The notes beneath the pieces were generated by a model. That model was not told the DNA's origin, did no database searches, and worked only from the letters and a program-made list of their open reading frames with translations. This document shows, in pieces, positions 18,744 to 28,452 of a stretch of DNA of 64,000 nt. Origin of the DNA: a virus. Numbering within the stretch: position 1 is the stretch's first letter; the number at the start of each line of letters is the position of its first letter. The DNA is taken from the IMG/VR virus record IMGVR_UViG_3300014039_000016, positions 72,829 to 136,828 of that record. One strand, given 5' to 3'. The position numbers and the translations under genes are program-made.

Positions 18744-21077
18744 TTAAATTTTTGTGACTTTAAGAATCTTGTTGTCTTTAATCATAATATTCCCCAAAGA
18801 TATTTTACCTAAAAGTGGAATTTCGGTTGCCGCAATACATAATGAATTTTTATTACCACATAATAAAATATTATCTTCATCACTTACCATCAAAGCTCCA
18901 GCAACTTCTTCTTTTGAACAAATAGTTCCTCTACCGCCTCGTCCTTGAAGAGGAAACTCATTGAGTTCAACTTTTTTACCAAGACCGCTTGTAGTGAATA
19001 TAGCTAAATTATCCGTATTTTTATGAATAGGTAATGCCGCAACTACTTCATCATTTTCATCTAATTTCATACCTTTAACACCCAGAGTTACTCTACCAAC
19101 AGGAGTGATATCTTTTGTTTCAAACTTAATACTATTTCCATTTTTTGAGATTAAGATAATAGGTTCTTCATCCTGGAATATCACATCTACAACTTCATCA
19201 TCATCTCTTACTCTTAGCGCTGCGATTCCAGTATTCTTTCGTGCAGACATATACTCTTCAAGATAAGTCTTTTTAATCATACCTTTTTTAGTAATAAAAA
19301 TTGCAAATTTTGGAGTGGTCTTTCTATGTAAAGAAGTTACTGCAATAATCTTTTCATCATTGTCCAATTTTACTAAGTCAGATATTAGACAGCCTTTTGT
19401 TGCGTTTGTTCCTACTGGAATATTATCAACAAGAGTTCTATACATCTTTCCGCAATTAGTGAAGAACATCATTGTATCTATAGTATTGGTTTTTACGACA
19501 TCTAAAAGTGCGCTATCTTCAGACTTTACTCCTTTTGTATTTCTTCTTTGAACTCTGAAAGAAGACTGCGGAACTCTTTTTATTAATCCAGTCTTTGTTG
19601 TTACTACAACAACATTCTCTGGAATTACTTCTGCAATTTCCTTTTCTTCTTTTGGGACTTCAATTTGAGCAAGTTCTGTTCTTCTTTCATCTCCAAACTT
19701 TTTAACAATATCGGAGAGTCTTTCCCACAGCTTTTCAACTTGTACTTCTCTAAATTTTAAAAGATGTTCTAAATCTTCTATTGTTCTTAATAATTCCTCT
19801 TTTTCTTTCTCAAGTTCAACTTTTTCAAGTCTTGCTAATTTAGATAGCTTCATATCTAGGATAGCTTTTGCTTGAGCTTCAGAAAAACTATAAGTATCTA
19901 TCAAACGCTGCTTGGCGTTACTTGCACTGTCAGATTTTTTAATTAAATTGATAATGTTATCAATATCTTCAAGAGCCTTAATAAGTCCATCAACTATATG
20001 CAATCTTTCTTTTGCCTTAGTTAAATCATATTGTGCTTCTTTCTTTAAACAACTAATATTATGTTCAACATAAACCTCGATTGCGTCTTTAAGATTCATT
20101 TCTGTTGGTGTCTTTCCTATAAGAGCAACTTGATTATATGAAAAAGAGCTTTGTAAAGATGTCTTATTAAATAATTGCGCAACAACTTTTTCAGGCAATG
20201 TATTTTTTTCAACTTTAATAACTAACTTTACGCCTTTAGAATCAGTATCATTAGAAATTGCAGTGATTCCATTTATTTTACCTTCATCCGCAGCATTACC
20301 AATTTCTGTAATAAGACTTTCCACTCTTGTACCATATGGAATCTCATAAAAGATAATTTTTTGTTTGTCAATCTTATATCTTCCACGAATCTTTACACTT
20401 CCATGCCCAGTTTTCATAATTGCGGGAATATCATTTTTATTAATAATAATACCTCCGGTTGGAAAATCTGGACCTGGTAGCATTGGTTCTTTACCATCTA
20501 AATAATCTCTTATTGCATTTGCAACTTCTTTTAAATTATGTGGTGCCCAAGAACATCCCATTGCCCAACCAATTCCTTCATTTGGATTGCATAACAAATT
20601 CGGAAAAATTGCTGGTAAAGTAACTGGCTCCTTTTCAGTTTCATCGTAGTTTGGGATAAAATCTACAGATTCTTTTTTAATTCCATTTAAGAGACCTACT
20701 TCACTTAATTTAGTGAGTCTTGCCTCTGTATAACGCATTGCCGCGGGTCCATCTCCAAGAATATTACCAAAGTTACCATGTCCATCAAATAAAGGATATC
20801 TCATAACCCAATCCTGGGAAAGTCTAACCATTGCTCCATAGATAGAGCTATCTCCATGAGGATGGAAACGACCCATTGTATCTCCAACAATTCTTGCAGA
20901 TTTTACATGAGGCTTATTAGCTGTTCTTCCTTCAATAAAGGCATCCCAGATAATTCTTTTAGCAACAGGTTTTAATCCGCTTTTTGCGTCTGGAAGACTT
21001 CTATCTGTATTAACTGCAATACCATATTCAAGACTATTTCTTTGTATCTCATCTTCTATTGTGTTATTATTCCACAT
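18744..21077 (-). CDS. type II DNA topoisomerase subunit A (GyrA/ParC- or T4 gp52-like)
   Basis: N-terminal GLKPV...R motifs, a HPHGD region and a GyrA-like breakage-reunion domain. Confidence 0.85.
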   Translation of the reverse strand: MWNNNTIEDEIQRNSLEYGIAVNTDRSLPDAKSGLKPVAKRIIWDAFIEGRTANKPHVKSARIVGDTMGRFHPHGDSSIYGAMVRLSQDWVMRYPLFDGHGNFGNILGDGPAAMRYTEARLTKLSEVGLLNGIKKESVDFIPNYDETEKEPVTLPAIFPNLLCNPNEGIGWAMGCSWAPHNLKEVANAIRDYLDGKEPMLPGPDFPTGGIIINKNDIPAIMKTGHGSVKIRGRYKIDKQKIIFYEIPYGTRVESLITEIGNAADEGKINGITAISNDTDSKGVKLVIKVEKNTLPEKVVAQLFNKTSLQSSFSYNQVALIGKTPTEMNLKDAIEVYVEHNISCLKKEAQYDLTKAKERLHIVDGLIKALEDIDNIINLIKKSDSASNAKQRLIDTYSFSEAQAKAILDMKLSKLARLEKVELEKEKEELLRTIEDLEHLLKFREVQVEKLWERLSDIVKKFGDERRTELAQIEVPKEEKEIAEVIPENVVVVTTKTGLIKRVPQSSFRVQRRNTKGVKSEDSALLDVVKTNTIDTMMFFTNCGKMYRTLVDNIPVGTNATKGCLISDLVKLDNDEKIIAVTSLHRKTTPKFAIFITKKGMIKKTYLEEYMSARKNTGIAALRVRDDDEVVDVIFQDEEPIILISKNGNSIKFETKDITPVGRVTLGVKGMKLDENDEVVAALPIHKNTDNLAIFTTSGLGKKVELNEFPLQGRGGRGTICSKEEVAGALMVSDEDNILLCGNKNSLCIAATEIPLLGKISLGNIMIKDNKILKVTKI

Positions 21078-21091
21078 TACATATCTCCTTA

Positions 21092-23017
21092 TTATTCAGC
21101 ATTATACATTGCTTCTTCGCCATAATCTTTTAAGAATTTCTTTCTATAAATAACATTTTCACCCATAAGCTGACTAAAAAGCTGATTAGCAGTGTTTACA
21201 TCTCCAACTTTAATCTGCCTAATAATACGGGTTTCTGCATTGGTTAAGCATTCTTCAGTCTCATCTTTATCCATTTCTCCGAGACCTTTCATTCTTTTTA
21301 CTTCATACTTTTCTCCTAAATGATTATTACGATACTCTAATAATGCAGCATCATCTTTAAGATATTGATATGATTTTCCATTTTTTTCAATTATTCTGTA
21401 AAGAGGTGGAACACCCGCATAAACATATCCTTCAGTAATCAATTTTGGACATAAATTCCAACAGAAGGTATAGAATAAGTTCTTGATATGGCTTCCATCA
21501 ATATCGGCATCACTCATAATAATGATTTTTCCATATCGTAATTTTTTCATATCATAAGTAATTTTATTAGTTTTTACATCAAAACTCCATCCGTCCTCTC
21601 CGAAGAATGCAGATAACATAGTAACAATTTCTGCGTTTTTCATAATCGCAGCAATGGTTGCTTTTTCGCAATTAAGAACTTTTCCTCGTACAGGGATTAC
21701 TGCTTGATAAGTTGCATTCCTAGCTAGTTTTAAGTTACCAGAGGCGCTATCACCCTCTGTAATATAAATCTCACAAAGCTCACGACTTTCGCTACTTGCA
21801 TCAGCTAATTTACTATCAAACTTTAAAACTTTTTTCTTTTTCTCTTGTTTATTTCTAACAGTTTCTCTAGCCTTCTTCGCAGCTTCTCTAGCTTTACGCG
21901 CATTTAATGCTTTATCCGCTATTCCCTTAATATCTTTTTCATTAGCGGTAAGCCAACTCTGTAAGCTTTCAGATATTACACTTGTAAAAGGAGTCATATC
22001 AATCTTTACAATTCTACTCTTGGTCTGCGCATCATAAGAAATATTAGGGGCAGTTATATTAAAAGCTATAAGCAACCCTTCTTGTATATCATCACCTGTT
22101 AAATTATCATCTTTTTCTTTTAACCAATTCTTTTCTCTAAAGAATTTATTCATCTCTCTTGTAATAATTGTCTTTATCTGTGTAATATGAGGACCGGCAT
22201 CCGTCTCTCCTGTATTAACATATGATATAATATTAGAGCTATACTTATCTGTATAAGTTAATACTAAATCAAGTTTATTTTTCCCATTCTCATAGTTAAT
22301 ATTTAATCTATTCTTTAATATCTCACTATCTCCTGCGATATCATTAAGTAAATCATTCAATCCATTTTTAGAAAAATAAGAAATACGAGCATCTGTTTCT
22401 TTTTCTATTAAATTGATTGTTAGTCCAGGACACAGACAAGTTAATACATGAAATAACTTTTTAAGTCTTTCAGTATCTATAGCCGAACTTGTAAAGAATT
22501 CTTCACTTGGTTGCCATGATACTATTGTTCCAGTGTGATGATTTCCTTGACTACCAAGAACCCTTTTCTTAAATACTCCTTCAATGAACTGAACTTCTTC
22601 CATCTTTCCATCACGATAAGAAGTTACTGTAAGCCAATGACTTAAATAATTTGTTAATTTACTACCTATACCATTTAAACCAAGTGCTGTTCCTTCATAA
22701 ACGCCATCATCAGAAAATTTACCAGATGTATTTAATACATCAAAAGATGCCTGCAAAACAGTCTCTCCATCATCTCTCAGTGAATTGATGGGGAATCCTT
22801 GACCAAAATCTTCCACTGTGCAACTTCCATCTTTTGAATAAGTGACATTAATAATATCTCCATGTCCTGCTTTATGCTCATCAATTGCGTTTGATACAAT
22901 TTCTATCACGAGTTGAGTAGAATACTCCGTGCTACCGCAATATACACCTGGTCTAAGGCGGGTAAACTCAAGAGGGGTTTTACTTTGTATGGAATCTGCG
23001 TCATATAATTTACTCAT
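21092..23017 (-). CDS. type II DNA topoisomerase subunit B (GyrB-like ATPase plus TOPRIM)
   Basis: GHKL ATPase N-terminus (...NAIDE...) and a TOPRIM EGDSA motif. Confidence 0.85.
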   Translation of the reverse strand: MSKLYDADSIQSKTPLEFTRLRPGVYCGSTEYSTQLVIEIVSNAIDEHKAGHGDIINVTYSKDGSCTVEDFGQGFPINSLRDDGETVLQASFDVLNTSGKFSDDGVYEGTALGLNGIGSKLTNYLSHWLTVTSYRDGKMEEVQFIEGVFKKRVLGSQGNHHTGTIVSWQPSEEFFTSSAIDTERLKKLFHVLTCLCPGLTINLIEKETDARISYFSKNGLNDLLNDIAGDSEILKNRLNINYENGKNKLDLVLTYTDKYSSNIISYVNTGETDAGPHITQIKTIITREMNKFFREKNWLKEKDDNLTGDDIQEGLLIAFNITAPNISYDAQTKSRIVKIDMTPFTSVISESLQSWLTANEKDIKGIADKALNARKAREAAKKARETVRNKQEKKKKVLKFDSKLADASSESRELCEIYITEGDSASGNLKLARNATYQAVIPVRGKVLNCEKATIAAIMKNAEIVTMLSAFFGEDGWSFDVKTNKITYDMKKLRYGKIIIMSDADIDGSHIKNLFYTFCWNLCPKLITEGYVYAGVPPLYRIIEKNGKSYQYLKDDAALLEYRNNHLGEKYEVKRMKGLGEMDKDETEECLTNAETRIIRQIKVGDVNTANQLFSQLMGENVIYRKKFLKDYGEEAMYNAE

Positions 23018-23021
23018 TTAA

Positions 23022-23249
23022 TTAATTCCTTTCTTTCTTTATAATATTTACAATATCTATTCCATTAAAAGTAATAGCTATTTTATTATTAGGAAAAACT
23101 TGCTGATATTCTTCTAAAAAGTTTGATATTTCTCTCATACTAAATATCTCCTGGTCAAACTTAAAAACAATAACATCTCCATCTGATATTGATAAAGTTG
23201 TACAAGAAATACCTTTTTCAAAAGAATCTTCTATAAAACTATTTACCAT
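23022..23249 (-). CDS. small hypothetical protein
   Basis: ORF downstream of the topoisomerase B gene. Confidence 0.3.
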   Translation of the reverse strand: MVNSFIEDSFEKGISCTTLSISDGDVIVFKFDQEIFSMREISNFLEEYQQVFPNNKIAITFNGIDIVNIIKKERN

Positions 23250-23277
23250 TCTCTTCTCCTTTTCTTTCTATATTAAT

Positions 23278-23306
23278 ATTATATCATAATTTTTTTCTGA
23301 TGTCAA
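23278..23306 (-). promoter_or_regulatory. sigma-70-type promoter (-35 TTGACA)
   Basis: TTGACA-17-TATAAT with TG. Confidence 0.6.
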
Positions 23307-23421
23307 ACTTTCGATTTAGTGAGCTAAATTGTAGTTAGCTGTAGTAAAGTTAAAATTAATTTTCTGAGTAAATCTTCGTTTTATGAGAAAAATTGATATA
23401 CATAATAAAAGAGTAGGAAAA

Positions 23422-23841
23422 TTAATTCCTACTCTCGCTCATCTTTCTATGAAGATATTCTCTTTTAACAATAGAAGTTTCTAACTCTGTCATATCATTA
23501 GAAATCTCAGTTGCTAACCTGTTAACTTCTGCAACTTTCGCATTCATCTGCTTAAACATGCACTTGGCTGTATCAGAAGTCTTATCAAAGTTCTTATAAG
23601 ACATTACTGTCTGAACAAACTTTCTATTAGCTTCACACTCCGCCTTTAATTTCTGATATCTTTTCTTCTTAAGGTTAATGCGCGCGCGAGCATGAGCGAT
23701 TCCACAGCCAACTAATTCAGAACCATATTCTCTATCATCTTCATGCAGCCGTGCCCTTCCGCAGCCGATATCTCCATGTTTTCCTCTTATAACGACCTTA
23801 GCCGCACCTGTCTTTTCATTATATTTACTATTCATTATCAT
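23422..23841 (-). CDS. hypothetical protein
   Basis: ORF with no confident motif. Confidence 0.35.
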   Translation of the reverse strand: MIMNSKYNEKTGAAKVVIRGKHGDIGCGRARLHEDDREYGSELVGCGIAHARARINLKKKRYQKLKAECEANRKFVQTVMSYKNFDKTSDTAKCMFKQMNAKVAEVNRLATEISNDMTELETSIVKREYLHRKMSESRN

Positions 23842-23845
23842 ATAT

Positions 23846-24406
23846 TTATTCTCCTTTTACTTCTTTATATTTTAATTGAATATCTTCAATAATGGTATCA
23901 AGAGAAACTGGAGTATTGTTATGACTATCCATTCCAACATGATACATTGTAGGAATATTATTATAAAAATTCTCTTTCTGATGAGTATGACCATACAAAT
24001 TAATCACCTGTCTCTTCAGCGGAAGGTCGTTATCTTCATTTGCAACTATTGTTGGATAATGGCTTAAATAAAAATTATAACCTCGCAATTTTATTGTAGT
24101 TGCAAACCCATCAATAAGAACATTCGGACATTCAGCATAAAGCCTCTGTCTTGTAGCAGTATCGTGATTTCCAAAGAATAAATGAATTTCTCCCTTTAAT
24201 TGCTTTAAACACTTAATGCCTACATTATTATCTCCCAACATAACATCTCCAAGATGATAAACGACATCATCTGGCTGAACAACAGAATTCCAATTTTTAA
24301 TAATTGCGGCATTCATTTCTTCTATTGTACCAAAACCGCGTTCTTTAAAAATAAATTCTTTATTATGTCCAAAGTGAGAATCACTCGTGAAATATATTTT
24401 TCCCAT
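23846..24406 (-). CDS. calcineurin-like metallophosphoesterase (candidate 2',3'-phosphatase partner of the adjacent kinase)
   Basis: SDSHFGH...GDVMLGD...GNHD motifs. Starts 4 nt after the upstream kinase ORF ends. Confidence 0.7.
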   Translation of the reverse strand: MGKIYFTSDSHFGHNKEFIFKERGFGTIEEMNAAIIKNWNSVVQPDDVVYHLGDVMLGDNNVGIKCLKQLKGEIHLFFGNHDTATRQRLYAECPNVLIDGFATTIKLRGYNFYLSHYPTIVANEDNDLPLKRQVINLYGHTHQKENFYNNIPTMYHVGMDSHNNTPVSLDTIIEDIQLKYKEVKGE

Positions 24407-24409
24407 ATA

Positions 24410-25210
24410 TTACCTCCTTATCTTTCTTCTATGTATTTCATATTTATCTTTTAATTCTATGTTAGTAATCTCTCCGCAATCTGTTGTTATTGTAGAAATA
24501 GGATAAATATTATATATATCTGTATAAGGGTAGTTATCATGTACGGGGTCTGAAAATGTAGACCTCATTCTAGTAATAACTTCTTCAGGCACATAAGCTC
24601 TTGTTCCTTTTCTTAAACTATTCCCATAAAGTGCAACTTCTTCACTGACACTTACAAAAAGTGGAACTACATTAACATCTTTTAAGAAGTCTTTTCCAAT
24701 AGAGTTAATTAACTTCATTCTTGAACCTTTATTAAGATGAGTCGCATCTGCAAAACAATAATTGTTAAAAGCTATCTGATATTTAATCTGATTAACGAAT
24801 AATTGAAAAACTTCTTTTTCTTTTGAGAAATACTCTTCATCTTCTGAAACTATACTAAAACGAATTAAATCTCTACTAGCAACATGTTTTTCATAGTTAA
24901 TCTTATTAAGTTTGCAGAACATAGATAAGAAACTTGACTTTCTTGAACCTGGACATCCGCACATTAAGAACAAATATTTTTCATTAGGCTTTATCTCTAT
25001 ATCGCCGATAATTTCACCATCTTTATCTCCTTTTATAAAATATGGATATCCTTTTTCTTCATTACACTCATTTGAAAATAATGAAAATGTATAAATACCT
25101 GGCTTATAATAGTGACCATCTCCACGATAACAGCTATTATATTTAGGACAATATTCACTTCCACATCTTGTTATATCATTATCAAAATAAGAAATTGCAT
25201 TATTATTCAT
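24410..25210 (-). CDS. P-loop kinase (polynucleotide-kinase-like)
   Basis: Walker A MCGCPGSRKSSF. Confidence 0.5.
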   Translation of the reverse strand: MNNNAISYFDNDITRCGSEYCPKYNSCYRGDGHYYKPGIYTFSLFSNECNEEKGYPYFIKGDKDGEIIGDIEIKPNEKYLFLMCGCPGSRKSSFLSMFCKLNKINYEKHVASRDLIRFSIVSEDEEYFSKEKEVFQLFVNQIKYQIAFNNYCFADATHLNKGSRMKLINSIGKDFLKDVNVVPLFVSVSEEVALYGNSLRKGTRAYVPEEVITRMRSTFSDPVHDNYPYTDIYNIYPISTITTDCGEITNIELKDKYEIHRRKIRR

Positions 25211-25515
25211 TATATTTTACCCTCTTTATTTAACTTAGCCTTAAATTCTCCGTAAGGAAGAATTCTGTTTCCTTCTTCATCAAAATTGCCTTCATTAAAT
25301 TCCAATAGAAAATCACTATAATCATACTTAGTCCACGGTTTACATTCTACATGATTATGCTCTTCTTTGCAATTAAGACACCATAATCGTTTTAAATGTC
25401 CGGCTTCTCTTTCCTGCCCTCTCTTGCGCGGAATGTCAAAACCTCTTTTCCCACATTTTGTACAATAAAATTCACTTGGGTCTGCTAATTGCGTTCTTCT
25501 TGCCATATATAACAC
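25210..25515 (-). CDS. hypothetical zinc-ribbon protein
   Basis: CTKCG...CLNC pattern. Confidence 0.35.
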   Translation of the reverse strand: MLYMARRTQLADPSEFYCTKCGKRGFDIPRKRGQEREAGHLKRLWCLNCKEEHNHVECKPWTKYDYSDFLLEFNEGNFDEEGNRILPYGEFKAKLNKEGKI

Positions 25516-25536
25516 TTCCTTTCTTTTATATATATA

Positions 25537-25565
25537 TTATAACATTTTTTTTAATAAAAATCAAA
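25537..25565 (-). promoter_or_regulatory. sigma-70-type promoter (variant -10 TGTTATAAT)
   Basis: attataacat...atcaaa. Confidence 0.5.
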
Positions 25566-25602
25566 AAAAATAAGGCGTACTACTAATACAGTAGTACGCC
25601 TT
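25560..25602 (-). terminator. rho-independent terminator after PhoH exon 2
   Basis: 13-bp stem AAGGCGTACTACT/AGTAGTACGCCTT followed by TTTTTTTT. Confidence 0.7.
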
Positions 25603-25606
25603 ATAA

Positions 25607-26029
25607 TTATAAATTTTCTGCAATTTTTGCAATTTTACTTCTATAAATATTTTTAAGAGTAACTTCACTATAAAAATTTTGTCCTCTAAATACTTTAGAA
25701 ACTCTGCGGAGACCATTATGCTCACCCGCATACATATCTAAATCAACTTGGGCATTATCATCTCCATCAAGAATTACTTGACAATCATCACCAACTCTTT
25801 GAAGAGCAAGTTTCATTAAGTCTGAATCCATATTTTGTGCTTCTGTGATATAAATAATAGAATTAGAACCTGAAGTATCATATCCTCTAATATCAGCTAA
25901 AGGTAAAAGAATAAGCTGTTCATGCAATATCATATCATTTACAGTATCCTCTCCAAGTTTTGCCTTTAGAAAGTTTCCGATTTGGCTATCTAAAAGCTTC
26001 TCCGTCCTAGTTCCAGGGTAAACAAATAA
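25607..26029 (-). CDS. PhoH-like ATPase, exon 2 (C-terminal part)
   Basis: YPGTRTEKL (the LPGDLKEK equivalent), ITEAQN (the LDEAQN equivalent) and VILDGDDNAQVDL (the VVTGDxTQIDL equivalent). The start boundary near 26029 follows a G on the intron side. Inferred. Confidence 0.6.
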   Translation of the reverse strand, partial: LFVYPGTRTEKLLDSQIGNFLKAKLGEDTVNDMILHEQLILLPLADIRGYDTSGSNSIIYITEAQNMDSDLMKLALQRVGDDCQVILDGDDNAQVDLDMYAGEHNGLRRVSKVFRGQNFYSEVTLKNIYRSKIAKIAENL

Positions 26030-27340
26030 CTTTATAATTTTCATTATAAACCTGACTATATCTTATTTTAAACTATTTTTTAAAGAACAATATTTATTAT
26101 ATTTTCTTTGTAAATGTCTTGGACAATTTTCATATAAAATATTTAAAATTTTTAAAACTTGTAATCGACCTCTCCATTGAGTGTGCCAAGCAGATGTAAA
26201 AAAATTTTTATTTGTTTTTTCATTATCTGCTAAAAGATTGATTAAGGTTTGGAAATCTTGAACCTCTGTTTCATGATACGCAGTATAGCTTAAAGTAACA
26301 TCAGTACTAAAATCTTTACTGTAGCTCAATCCTCCATCCCCATCGAATAGACCTAATGCATAAGCACCCCAATATTTTTTAGGAATCTTTTGATATGGAA
26401 TATGGTCTATCATATAAGTTTTATTAGGAATAATATTATATTTTGCTAAATCATTATAGATTTGTTCATCAGTAAATTCTACAGAGCAACAAGTACTATT
26501 TGGTCGAATATCATAAATAATTTTTCCGTCTAACGCTAAATCTTCTTGAAATTTTTCTAAAATTTCTTTATCTCTTTCTTGTAATTGTAACCTAATTCTA
26601 CCTGTAGTTCTATAATGGTCAACGCTTCCATCTGTGAATAAAAAACCTAGCCAATAAGCTTTTTCTGGTGAATCAATGACTGAAAAGTAATCGCTTTTAA
26701 TTCTACGATTAATTCGATTAGTATTTTTAATTTGTAAGCCAAGTTCTTTCAGGCGGTGCTTAGTTGTTTCTTCATCTAAGTTACAATAATTAGCAACCTC
26801 TTTCAAGAAAGCACCTTCATCAATCATTTTTTTAACTTCCATAATTTGCTCATTAGTTAATTGTTTTTTCTTTCTACCTCCTCTAATAGGAATTTGATTT
26901 TCTTCAAGCAACTTTGTAATTTGCCTTCTATTAAAAGAGGGATAATCTCTTAATAATTGAGCTATTGATTTACCTTGTTGGTATTCTTGTATAATATTTT
27001 TTGTTTCCATAAAGAAACCTCCTTGTAATATTTTTACTATTCATATAAATATTAAAAATAAAAGAGGTAACTTTTCCTGTTTTGTCCAAAATTTTTCAGT
27101 TTAAAATCCATGCACTTCGAGATATTAAAATCCCTACTCTACTAACTTCCATATAAAAAATATGTGTTTTCGATAGTCGATGAACCTTCCTCTATTCGAG
27201 GCTCGGCTGCTGATTGTCCAATCTTTCTAATTTTTAAACATTCACACTTAGTCGTATTTCATACTTATGTTGTAGTTTAGAAAGCTCTAAGGAGGTTCCA
27301 GCAGTTCACATGGTTTTACTTGAGCCTTACCCTATTTTTA
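26030..27340 (-). mobile_element. group I intron (putative) in the PhoH-like gene, carrying a LAGLIDADG homing-endonuclease ORF
   Basis: PhoH is split between its Walker A region and its LPGD...DEAQN region. Segment 27170-27300 is near-identical to 7960-8095 of the helicase intron. Boundaries are approximate. Confidence 0.55.
26063..27010 (-). CDS. LAGLIDADG homing endonuclease (double-motif), intron-encoded
   Basis: YWLGFLFTDGSV and ALGLFDGDGGL motifs. Confidence 0.85.
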   Translation of the reverse strand: METKNIIQEYQQGKSIAQLLRDYPSFNRRQITKLLEENQIPIRGGRKKKQLTNEQIMEVKKMIDEGAFLKEVANYCNLDEETTKHRLKELGLQIKNTNRINRRIKSDYFSVIDSPEKAYWLGFLFTDGSVDHYRTTGRIRLQLQERDKEILEKFQEDLALDGKIIYDIRPNSTCCSVEFTDEQIYNDLAKYNIIPNKTYMIDHIPYQKIPKKYWGAYALGLFDGDGGLSYSKDFSTDVTLSYTAYHETEVQDFQTLINLLADNEKTNKNFFTSAWHTQWRGRLQVLKILNILYENCPRHLQRKYNKYCSLKNSLK

Positions 27341-28208
27341 ACCCAAGCTTAGCCGCGCCTCTAGCTGCGACTGTATTACAAAAAATAATGATTTTTTCTT
27401 TTTTGCCAGTTTCTAATTGATTCATCATATAAGCGAAAGCAAGGTAAGATTTTCCACTTCCCGCAGGACCTCTTAAGACAATCATCTGGTCATGAACTAA
27501 AGAGTCTAATGCAAGTAGCTGATATGCGTCATTATTGTAAGGACTTATCTTACCAAAGAATTTAGAGTCAATCTTAGGATATATAACTTTTTTATAACCT
27601 TCTTCTGTCCATTTATATTTATCAACAATACAGCTATTATTAACTACAATCAAATATTCATTAGTTAATAGACCATATTTATTATTTTTAGAATTAACTT
27701 CACAAGAATAGAAATTTGCTAATTCTTCATCATCTAAGTTTATAATTTTATAGCCAGTATAATCATCTTCTTCAACATCTGGACTGACTGTACTTAAACC
27801 TGCGGCTACCGCAAGCATTTTGCATGCAACATCTCTTGTTATAAATAAAGTTTCATCATTTTCTTTTTGTAAACTAAGAGCTGCATTAATAATATCACTA
27901 TCATTATTTGTGGCATTTGCTCCAGTTTTAATAACTTTATATTGGCTACTTTTGTTATCTAATAAATGAAGTAATTTTCTAGCTTTATATTTAATTTCAT
28001 TATCTTTTGATGCAGAGGTTTTTATATTTTCTAATTCCACGAGTGTAACATCCGCGATATAGAAAAAATCTTCAAAAGCTTTTTCTTGTAGTTCTAATAA
28101 AGCACAAGTATCATAAAATTTATTCATCTTCGTCCTCCTCATATTCTTCCAAATCTTGAGAAGCTTGGAACCCAATAGCAACGCCATTTCCTCCACAATC
28201 TTCTTCAA
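27340..28208 (-). CDS. PhoH-like ATPase, exon 1 (PIN-like N-terminal region plus Walker A)
   Basis: VLRGPAGSGKSYLAFAYMMNQL matches the PhoH P-loop. As drawn in the track, the ORF ends at 27327 inside the intron. Confidence 0.6.
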
Positions 28209-28417
28209 TATCTTTTTTTACATTATATGTTTCTTTTGCAATTACAGTACATATATGTTGACTTAGCTGTTGTAAAATTGTAATTACGCAATCTACGATT
28301 GGAATAATCAAAAGAACAAACAGACTTCCTTTTATAAAATTTTTCATTAGAGAAGCCCTCCTGGTTTATTTTATATATAATATGAAAAAAGAAATAGAAA
28401 AATTATACATTTTTGAC

Positions 28418-28449
28418 CAAATAAAAGAAAGGTGCGGCATTGCCGCACC
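28418..28449 (-). terminator. rho-independent terminator after the RNA-ligase-like gene
   Basis: GGTGCGGCA/TGCCGCACC stem followed by TTTCTTTTATTT. Confidence 0.65.
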
Positions 28450-28452
28450 TAT

